DNA of 46,114 nucleotides from Candidatus Fervidifonticultor secundus (lineage in GTDB: Bacteria > Sysuimicrobiota > Sysuimicrobiia > Sysuimicrobiales > Humicultoraceae). The first letter of the stretch is position 1, and each line of letters begins with the position of its first letter. This document shows, in pieces, positions 11,215-20,083 of the stretch. The DNA lies in assembly GCA_031459385.1 (NCBI GenBank), contig JAVKIP010000024.1:1-46114 (forward strand). The letters are read 5' to 3'. A program made the translations under genes and the position numbers. Under the pieces are notes generated by a model. It was not told the origin of the DNA. It worked only from the letters and a program-made list of their open reading frames with translations, and searched no databases.

Positions 11215-12024
11215 ATGTTGCAGCTGCGCCCGCGAGACCTGCTCGACATCGCCATCGTCACGCTGCTGATCTACCAGGTGCTCTGGCTGATCCGCGGCAC
11301 CCGGGCGGTCCAGCTGGCGATGGGGGTGGCCGTGCTCTTCGCAGCCTACACCGCCAGCCGGGTGCTCAAGCTCAGCACGCTGCAGTGGATCCTCTCGTAC
11401 CTGGGCGTGGTGATCCCCATCGCGATGCTCGTGATCTTCCAGCCCGAACTGCGGCGCATGCTGGAGCAGCTGGGGCGCGGCGGGGTGTTCGCCGCGCGCT
11501 TCGGCGGCGAACTCGGCCGCGAGGAGACGATCCGGCTGGTGAACGACGTGGCACGGGCCTGCCGGGTGCTCGCGGGCCGGCGCACGGGGGCGCTCATGGT
11601 CCTCGAGCGGCGCACGGGCCTCAACGACGTGGTCGAGTCGGGCATCAAGCTCGACGCGCTGGTCTCGGTGCAGCTGCTCATCACGACCTTCTTCCCCAAC
11701 ACCCCCCTGCACGACGGCGCCGCGGTCATTCGCGGCAACCGGCTGGTGGCCGCGGGCTGCCTGCTCCCGCTGTCGGAGAACCCCCACCTGAGCCGCACCC
11801 TCGGCACCCGCCACCGCGCGGCGCTCGGCATCTGCGAGGCCACCGACGCCGTGGCCGTGGTGGTCTCGGAAGAGACCGGCGTGATCTCCCTGGCCCAGGA
11901 CGGCCAGCTGAGGCGCGGGCTCTCGGAGGAGGAACTGAAGGTCACCCTGCTCGGCCTGCTGGCCCAGCCGACGCCCCGGCCGCAGGTACCGTGGCCGTGG
12001 CGGCGCGCGCAACGCTCGGCATGA
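11215..12024 (+). CDS. cdaA: Membrane diadenylate cyclase
   Basis: Hydrophobic N-terminal segments, IFQPELRR, LHDGA and GTRHRAA DAC motifs; cdaA-cdaR-glmM synteny. Confidence 0.95.
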   Translation: MLQLRPRDLLDIAIVTLLIYQVLWLIRGTRAVQLAMGVAVLFAAYTASRVLKLSTLQWILSYLGVVIPIAMLVIFQPELRRMLEQLGRGGVFAARFGGELGREETIRLVNDVARACRVLAGRRTGALMVLERRTGLNDVVESGIKLDALVSVQLLITTFFPNTPLHDGAAVIRGNRLVAAGCLLPLSENPHLSRTLGTRHRAALGICEATDAVAVVVSEETGVISLAQDGQLRRGLSEEELKVTLLGLLAQPTPRPQVPWPWRRAQRSA

Positions 12025-12416
12025 CGCGCTGGCGGTCGGCCGTGCTCTCCGAGCGCGTGCGCCTGCTGGCGCTCTCGCTGGCGATCGCCGTGACGATGTG
12101 GTACTACGTGAGCACGACACTGTCGCCGGCCGAGCAGGCCTCTGTGCGCTCGGTGCTGGTCCGCAACGTCGAGGTGGCAGTGACGGGCCTCGCCAGCGGG
12201 TGGACCGCGGTCGTGGCGCCGCCCACGGTCGACATCGAGATGCGGGGGCCCGAGCCGCTGCTGGCCCTGCGGGTGGCGGAGGTCCGCGCTATCGCCGAGG
12301 TGGGAACGCTGCCGCCCGGATCGCACCAGGTGGTGCTGCGCGTACAGATCCCCGATGGGGTCACCATGGTGCGCGTCACGCCGCCCGCGGTGCGGGTCAC
12401 GCTGACGCGGCCGTAA
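12021..12416 (+). CDS. cdaR: Short CdaR/YbbR-like regulator (one TM plus about one YbbR domain)
   Basis: ATGA overlap with the cdaA stop; LLALSLAIAVTMWYYV anchor; P.TVDIEMRGP...LPPGSH.V...V.P..VRVTL pattern. Confidence 0.8.
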   Translation: MTRWRSAVLSERVRLLALSLAIAVTMWYYVSTTLSPAEQASVRSVLVRNVEVAVTGLASGWTAVVAPPTVDIEMRGPEPLLALRVAEVRAIAEVGTLPPGSHQVVLRVQIPDGVTMVRVTPPAVRVTLTRP

Positions 12417-12420
12417 GCCG

Positions 12421-13752
12421 GTGGCCCGGCTGTTTGGCACCGACGGGATCCGCGGCGTGGCCAACGCCGACCTCACGCCGGAGCTGGCCTTCCGCGTGGG
12501 GCGGGCCGCGGGCGCGGCGCTCGGTGCCCATGCCCCGGTCGTCATCGGACGCGACACCCGGATCTCGGGGCCGATGCTGGAGGCGGCGCTGGCCGCCGGC
12601 CTGTGCTCGGTGGGCGCCTCGGTTGCGCTGGCAGGAGTCCTGCCGACGCCGGCGGTGGCGTACCTGGCGCGCGCGGAGCAGGCTGGCGGCATGGTCATCT
12701 CCGCGTCGCACAACCCCGTGGAGGACAACGGCATCAAGCTGTTCGGTGCCGACGGCTTCAAGCTCCCCGACGAGGTCGAGGACCGGATCGAGGCGCTCGT
12801 GGCGCGCGACGACCTGCCCCGACCCACAGGCGCGGCGCTGGGCACGGTGCGGCCCCTCCCCGACGCGGAGGACCGCTACGTGCGTTCCCTGCTGGCCCTG
12901 GCGCGCGGCCGCCTGGACGGGGTGCGCGTGGTCGTCGACTGCGCCTACGGTGCGGCTGTGCGCGTGGCGCCGCGGCTGTGGCAGGCGCTGGGCGCGACCG
13001 TGGTCGCCCTGCACGACGTTCCCGACGGCAGCCGGATCAACGTCGGATGCGGCTCGACCCACCTCGCGCCCCTGCAGGCGGCCGTGCGGGCGCACGGTGC
13101 CGACCTGGGCTTCGCGCACGACGGCGACGCCGACCGCGTGCTGGCCGTCGACGAGCGCGGCGACGTCGTCGACGGCGACGCGCTCATGGGGATCTGCGCG
13201 CTCGACCGCCGGGCCCGCGGGGCCCTCCCGGGCGACGTCGTCGTCGCCACCGTGATGAGCAATGCGGGGCTGGAGGAGGCCCTGCGTGCGGCCGGGATCA
13301 GGCTCGAGCGGACCCGCGTGGGCGACCGCTACGTGCTGGAGCGCATGCGCGAACTCGGGGCGGTCGTGGGCGGCGAGCAGAGCGGTCACCTCGTCTTTCT
13401 CGACCACGCCACGACAGGCGACGGGCTGATCACCGCGCTCGAGGTGGCCAACGTCGTGCTGCGCACCGGCCGGCGGCTGTCCGAGCTGCGGGCGGCGATC
13501 CCGCACTACCCCCAGGTGCTGGTCAACGTCCGCGTGCGGCACCGCCAGGGCGTCCTCGACGTCCCCGAGGTGGCGCGGGCGATCCAGGCCGCCGAGCGCC
13601 GGCTGCGCGCCGGCGGCCGGATCCTGGTGCGGCCCTCGGGCACCGAACCGCTGATCCGGATCATGGTCGAGGCGAAACGGCAGGATCTCGCCGAGGCTAT
13701 CGCCGCCGAGGTGGCGGGCGCGGTGGCCCGCACGGCGGGCGCGGCGCCGTGA
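12421..13752 (+). CDS. glmM: Phosphoglucosamine mutase
   Basis: LFGTDGIRG, ISASHNP, DGDADR, GGEQSGH, RPSGTEP. Confidence 0.97.
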   Translation: MARLFGTDGIRGVANADLTPELAFRVGRAAGAALGAHAPVVIGRDTRISGPMLEAALAAGLCSVGASVALAGVLPTPAVAYLARAEQAGGMVISASHNPVEDNGIKLFGADGFKLPDEVEDRIEALVARDDLPRPTGAALGTVRPLPDAEDRYVRSLLALARGRLDGVRVVVDCAYGAAVRVAPRLWQALGATVVALHDVPDGSRINVGCGSTHLAPLQAAVRAHGADLGFAHDGDADRVLAVDERGDVVDGDALMGICALDRRARGALPGDVVVATVMSNAGLEEALRAAGIRLERTRVGDRYVLERMRELGAVVGGEQSGHLVFLDHATTGDGLITALEVANVVLRTGRRLSELRAAIPHYPQVLVNVRVRHRQGVLDVPEVARAIQAAERRLRAGGRILVRPSGTEPLIRIMVEAKRQDLAEAIAAEVAGAVARTAGAAP

Positions 13753-14510
13753 CCACGGCCCTGCAGGCGGCCCGCGCGCCGCAGCGGCACGTGCTGCTGG
13801 GCACCGGCGTGGACGCCGTCACCCTCGCCGGGGCCCTGGCCTGGATCGACGCTGCCATCGCGCGCCGGCGGCCAGTCTACGTGGTCACGCTCAATGGTGC
13901 CATGCTGGTGCAGGCGGCCGGCGATGCGGCGCTGCGGACGCTGGTCAACGGCGCGGGCCTGGTGACCGCCGACGGCGTCGGGGTGCTGCTGGCTGCCCGT
14001 ATCCTCGGCGTGCGGCTGGCGCAGCGCGTGGCCGGGATCGACCTGATGCTGGCGCTGTGTGAGCGCGCCGCGGAGACCGGCTGGCGGATCTTCCTGCTCG
14101 GCGCGGCGCCCGGCGTGGCCGCCACTGCTGCCGAGGCTCTGCGCGCGCGGTTTCCCGGCCTGCAGATCGCCGGCGTCTGGCACGGGTTCTTCACGCCGGC
14201 AGACGAGTTGGCCGTGCTGGAGGCGATCCGGCGCGCCTCGCCCGACGTGCTGGTGGTGGGCATGGGGGCGCCCCGGCAGGAGGAATGGATCGGACGCTGG
14301 CACGGCGCGCTGGGCGTGCCCGTGTCGATCGGCGTGGGCGGGTCGCTGGACGTCATCGCGGGCCGCCTGCCCCGCGCCCCGCGGTGGATGCAGCGCCTGG
14401 GCCTGGAGTGGCTGTACCGGGCCGTGCGCGAGCCGCGGCGCTGGCAGGTCGTCCGCACGATTCCACGGCTTTTCTGGCTCGCCGTGCGCGAGCGGTGGCG
14501 GCACCGGTGA
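13749..14510 (+). CDS. WecB/TagA/CpsF family glycosyltransferase
   Basis: GTGA overlap with glmM; ADGVGV, RVAGIDL, VGMGAPRQE, GVGGSLD, RAP.WMQRLGLEWLYR. Confidence 0.92.
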   Translation: MTTALQAARAPQRHVLLGTGVDAVTLAGALAWIDAAIARRRPVYVVTLNGAMLVQAAGDAALRTLVNGAGLVTADGVGVLLAARILGVRLAQRVAGIDLMLALCERAAETGWRIFLLGAAPGVAATAAEALRARFPGLQIAGVWHGFFTPADELAVLEAIRRASPDVLVVGMGAPRQEEWIGRWHGALGVPVSIGVGGSLDVIAGRLPRAPRWMQRLGLEWLYRAVREPRRWQVVRTIPRLFWLAVRERWRHR

Positions 14511-14616
14511 CCGCCACTTGTGGCGCCGTGCGGGGCAGGAACCGCCGGCCGGCGCCGCGAATCTGCGGAACGAGACGCCGGCGGAGGGAGGTGAGGCAGG
14601 TTCGTCGCGTGCCGCA

Positions 14617-14783
14617 AGCGCCTGAACCCGGCGCTCGCCGGGTTGACGAGGGAGGGGAACTCGGAACGTTCGGCGGGTGACCCTAGGCCCGGTCCGGGCC
14701 TGCACCACCTCAGCCCACCACTCCCCGGCTGAGGCAAGGCCGCCTGCAAACCCCGGAGGCGACTCCGGCCCAAAGGGCGGACC
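14617..14783 (+). ncRNA. glmS ribozyme: glmS ribozyme (GlcN6P-activated self-cleaving riboswitch)
   Basis: A^GCGCC core at 14617-22; P1 AACCCGGC/GCCGGGTT; GACGAGG at 14645-51; P3 AGGCCC/GGGCCT with loop GGTCC complementary to GGACC at 14779-83; AAAC..CCGGAG-GCGA-CTCCGG..CAAAG (P4/P4.1); directly upstream of glmS. Confidence 0.92.
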
Positions 14784-14884
14784 AGGACGCGTCAGACCGT
14801 CACTGCCCGGTCATCGGGACCCCAGGCAACCATGCCATCTGCACGGTGGCCGTGGCAGGAACCTCGCTTCCGGAGGGCGCAGCC

Positions 14885-16732
<1,848 letters not shown>

Positions 16733-16789
16733 CCGACGGGTAGGGGTGGCCGCGGTCCGGCGCGAAGCTCCCCGGCGGGGGTGAAGGAC

Positions 16790-16954
16790 GTGACGATCGA
16801 CGCGGAGTTGCTGCAGATCCTGGCCTGCCCGGTGGACCACGCCCCCGTGGTGCTCGAGGGCGACCGCATCGTGTGCACGCAGTGCGGGCGGCGCTATCCC
16901 ATCCGCGACGGCATCCCGCACATGCTGGAAGACGAGGCCGAGCTGCCGCAATGA
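16790..16954 (+). CDS. Trm112/YcaR family small protein, 54 aa (not in the ORF track)
   Basis: Manual translation: MTIDAELLQILACPVDHAPVVLEGDRIVCTQCGRRYPIRDGIPHMLEDEAELPQ; its stop overlaps the acpS ATG. Confidence 0.9.
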   Translation: MTIDAELLQILACPVDHAPVVLEGDRIVCTQCGRRYPIRDGIPHMLEDEAELPQ

Positions 16955-17331
16955 TCGTGGGGGTCGGGGTCGATATCGTCGAGGTGGCGCGCATCCAGCG
17001 CGCCATTGCCCGCTGGGGCGACGGCTTCGTGCGCCGGATCTACACCGCGCGCGAGGTGGAGCGGGCGGCCGGAGCGGCCGTGCTCGGTCCCCGGCTCGCC
17101 GCCCGGTTCGCCGCGAAGGAGGCGGTGATGAAGGCGCTGGGGTGCGGGTGGCGCGAGCTGGCCTGGCGCGAGATCGAGATCACCAACGACCCGCAGGGCC
17201 GGCCCATGGTGCATCTCCACGGCGCCGCCCGGCGGATCGCCGCCGCGCGCGGCATCGCAGAAGTCTACGTGGCGCTCTCGCACACCCACGACCACGCCAT
17301 CGCCAACGCCGTGGCGGTCGGCCCGTCGTAA
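16951..17331 (+). CDS. acpS: Holo-ACP synthase
   Basis: MIVGVGVDIVE, LAARFAAKEAVMKALG, ALSHTHDHAIA. Confidence 0.96.
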   Translation: MIVGVGVDIVEVARIQRAIARWGDGFVRRIYTAREVERAAGAAVLGPRLAARFAAKEAVMKALGCGWRELAWREIEITNDPQGRPMVHLHGAARRIAAARGIAEVYVALSHTHDHAIANAVAVGPS

Positions 17332-17365
17332 CTGCAGGGTGTAGCGGAACAGGCGGGGGAAAGGA

Positions 17366-17534
17366 AGAGGGGCGCTCGCTGTGTCCGACTTTTCACCGTC
17401 TTCGGCTGCGCCGCCGGGTCGTACCGCCATCGAGCTGATCTCGGGAGTTACCCCCCAAGAAGACCGTCAGGCTCTCAGACTCCACGTGCGCAGCGTTTGA
17501 ATCGGCTACTTCGCCGTTAAGCTTGCGCCCCTCT
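17366..17534 (-). ncRNA. Unassigned structured ncRNA, ~169 nt, rod-like (6S-like or new class)
   Basis: 5' AGAGGGGCGC pairs perfectly with 3' GCGCCCCTCT; nested stems CCGATT/AGTCGG, GCTGCGC/GCGCAGC, GAGCcTGA/TCAGCTC; apical 9-bp hairpin with a GUAA tetraloop; 5' end coincides with the predicted TSS. Confidence 0.72.
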
Positions 17535-17541
17535 GTCAGGG

Positions 17542-17571
17542 ACCCTACCATGATCTTCCGGCGAGCGTCAA
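17542..17571 (-). promoter_or_regulatory. Sigma70-type promoter driving the antisense ncRNA
   Basis: Minus strand: TTGACG (17571-66)-18 nt-TAGGGT (17547-42) with an extended -10 TG. Confidence 0.65.
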
Positions 17572-17696
17572 TCCCCAACGATTGTTCCCATCTTGTGGAT
17601 TGTGTGGGCAGCCCGTGCGCGCCGGCGGGCCGCCGTGAAAGGAAACGCCGCACGTGGGCCAGAAGCCACGATCTAACGCACGGCCTGTGACGAACG

Positions 17697-19271
17697 ATGC
17701 GCGTGCCCACCAGCCAGCAGATGGTCGTCCTGGACCGCCGGGTCGCCGAGGAGTACGGCCTGCCCACGCTGTTGCTCATGGAGGCGGCAGGCCGGCGCGT
17801 GGCCGACGCTGCCTGCCGCCTGGTCCGGGGCGCCACCCCGCATGCCGTAGTCGTCGCCGGCAAGGGCAACAATGGGGGCGACGGCCTGGTTGCCGCGCGG
17901 GTGCTGGCAGCCCTTGGCTGGGACGTGCGCGTGCTCCTGCTGGCCCGCGACGTCGAGGTCGCGGGTGACGCGGCCGTTAACCTCCAGGCCGCGCGTCACG
18001 CCGGCGTCGAGGTGACCAACCTGGACAGTACCGGGGTGCGCGGCCTGCGGCCCGCGCTGGCCGCCGCCGACCTGATCATCGACGCGCTGTTCGGCACCGG
18101 CTTCCGCGGCCCGGCGGTCGGGCTGGCCGCCCGGGCGATCGAAGCAATGAACGCCTCTGGCCGTCCGGTGCTGGCCATCGACATTCCCTCCGGGGTGCAC
18201 GGCGACACGGGGGCGGTCGAGGGGCCGGCGGTCCGCGCTCGCGCCACGGTTACGATGGGGCTGCCGAAGCTGGGGCTGGTGCTGCTGCCCGGGGCCGAGT
18301 ACGCGGGCACCGTCTGGGTGGCCAGCGTCGGACACCCCCGCCGCCTGCTGGACAGCCCGGAGATCACGACCCGTCTGGTCACGCGGGCCATGGTCGATGC
18401 CGCCGTGCCCCCGCGGCCCCTCGACGCGCACAAGGGGCAGTTTGGCCGGGTGCTGGTCATCGCCGGTGCCGTGGGCTACACCGGTGCCCCGGTACTCGCG
18501 GCGCTCGGGGCCCTTCGGGGCGGCGCGGGGCTGGTCCGGCTGGCCGTGCCCGCCAGCATCTACCCTATTGTGGCCGCGTCGGTCATCGAGGGCATGCCCG
18601 TGCCCCTGGCCGATGAGGAGGGCGCGCTGGCTGCCTCTGCCGCGGATCAGGTCCTGGCGCTGGCCGGCGAGGCCGACGTGATCGCGTGTGGTCCCGGCCT
18701 GTCGCGTCTGCACGGACCCCGGCAGGTCGTCAGGCGCCTGCTGCTGGACAGCCGGCGGCCGCTCGTCCTGGACGCCGACGCGCTCAACTGCCTGGCCGAC
18801 GAAGCCGACGTGCTGGGCCAGGCCAGGGTCCCGGTGGTGCTGACACCACATCCCGGCGAGCTGGCCCGGCTGCTCGGCACTGACGCCGGGGCGATCCAGC
18901 GCGGCCGGCTGGATGCCGCGCGGGAGGCGGCCGCGCGGTTTCACGCGGTGGTGGTGCTGAAGGGGGCCCGCACCCTCGTGGCCTCGCCCGAGGGCGAGGT
19001 GTTCGTCGTGCCCACCGGGAATCCGGCCATGGCCACGGGTGGGATGGGTGACGTGTTGACGGGCGCGGTTGCGGCGTTCGTCGGGCAGGGGCTGGCACCG
19101 CTGGCCGCGGCATGGGTGGCCGCGTACCTGCACGGGCTGGCGGGTGACTTGGCGGCGGCCTCAAGGCCGGGTGGGTTGCTGGCCCGGGACGTGGCGGCGG
19201 CGTTGCCTCAGGCGCTCGGAGCCGTCCGGCGCGGCGAGGTGGAGGAGGCTGTGCGGGGGGAGCCATGGTGA
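17697..19271 (+). CDS. nnr: Bifunctional NAD(P)HX epimerase/dehydratase
   Basis: LME.AG, GKGNNGGDG, DALFGTG, DIPSG, HKG.FG, LTPHPGEL, LKGA.T, MATGGMGDVLTG. Confidence 0.96.
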   Translation: MRVPTSQQMVVLDRRVAEEYGLPTLLLMEAAGRRVADAACRLVRGATPHAVVVAGKGNNGGDGLVAARVLAALGWDVRVLLLARDVEVAGDAAVNLQAARHAGVEVTNLDSTGVRGLRPALAAADLIIDALFGTGFRGPAVGLAARAIEAMNASGRPVLAIDIPSGVHGDTGAVEGPAVRARATVTMGLPKLGLVLLPGAEYAGTVWVASVGHPRRLLDSPEITTRLVTRAMVDAAVPPRPLDAHKGQFGRVLVIAGAVGYTGAPVLAALGALRGGAGLVRLAVPASIYPIVAASVIEGMPVPLADEEGALAASAADQVLALAGEADVIACGPGLSRLHGPRQVVRRLLLDSRRPLVLDADALNCLADEADVLGQARVPVVLTPHPGELARLLGTDAGAIQRGRLDAAREAAARFHAVVVLKGARTLVASPEGEVFVVPTGNPAMATGGMGDVLTGAVAAFVGQGLAPLAAAWVAAYLHGLAGDLAAASRPGGLLARDVAAALPQALGAVRRGEVEEAVRGEPW

Positions 19272-20083
19272 TGCGCGTGGCGTTCCAGGGCGAGCCGGGC
19301 GCCTACAGCGAGGTGGCGGCGCTCGAGCAGTTCGGCGAGATCGTGCCGGTGCCGTGCCGCTCGCTGGCCGACGTCTTCGACGCTGTCGAGGGCGGGAGCG
19401 CCGACCGGGGGATCGTGCCCGTGGAGAACTCGCAGGCCGGGAGCATCAACGAGACCTACGACCTGCTCGTGCGCCGCAGCCTGCACATCGTCGGCGAGCG
19501 CAACCTCCGCATCGAGCACTGCCTGCTGGCCCTGCCCGGGGAGACGCTGGAGACGATCCGCACCGTCTGCTCCCACCCGCAGGCTCTGGCGCAGTGCGAC
19601 GCCTACCTGAGCCGGATGGGCTGGGAAGTCGTCGCCACCTACGACACCGCTGGCAGCGCGAAGCTCGTGGCCACCGAGCGGCGGCGCGGTGCCGCGGCCA
19701 TCGCCAGCCGGCGCGCGGCCGAGCTGTACGGCCTGCACATCCTGGCCGAGAACATCGAGACGAACCCGGTGAACTACACGCGGTTTCTGGCCCTGTCCCT
19801 GACGCCGGCGCCTGCCGCCGCCCGCGCCAAGACGTCGGTGGTTTTCACGACGGCGAACGTGCCGGGGGCCCTCTATCGCGCGCTGGGGACCTTCGCGACG
19901 CGCAGCATCAACCTGACGAAGCTCGAGTCGCGCCCTCGCCGCGACCGGCCCTGGGAGTACCTGTTCTACGTGGACTTCGAGGCCCACAAGGACTCACCCG
20001 AGGGCCGCGCCGCGCTCGCCGAGCTCGCCGGCGTCACCGCGTTCCTGCGGGTGCTGGGCTCGTACCAGCGCGCCGACGAGTGA
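19265..20083 (+). CDS. pheA: Prephenate dehydratase with ACT domain
   Basis: VAFQGEPGAYSE, PVENS, SHPQALAQC, NYTRF, INLTKLESRP. Confidence 0.96.
   Translation: MVMRVAFQGEPGAYSEVAALEQFGEIVPVPCRSLADVFDAVEGGSADRGIVPVENSQAGSINETYDLLVRRSLHIVGERNLRIEHCLLALPGETLETIRTVCSHPQALAQCDAYLSRMGWEVVATYDTAGSAKLVATERRRGAAAIASRRAAELYGLHILAENIETNPVNYTRFLALSLTPAPAAARAKTSVVFTTANVPGALYRALGTFATRSINLTKLESRPRRDRPWEYLFYVDFEAHKDSPEGRAALAELAGVTAFLRVLGSYQRADE

Noticed and set aside
17366..17534. Lysine riboswitch-like words (AGAGG.GC, AGUA, GCCGAA) in the minus-strand RNA
   Set aside because: There is no five-way junction and no downstream gene on that strand, and the ends pair to close a rod.
17381..17638. + strand 39-codon ORF (GTG 17381) with a purine-rich upstream sequence; an in-frame TGA is followed by an open frame containing CGLC, suggesting selenoprotein readthrough or a type I toxin
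   Set aside because: Codon usage is unlike the genome, the peptide is not hydrophobic, and there is no recognisable domain or redox motif at the TGA. The apparent RBS is the complement of the minus-strand RNA's 3' stem and tail.
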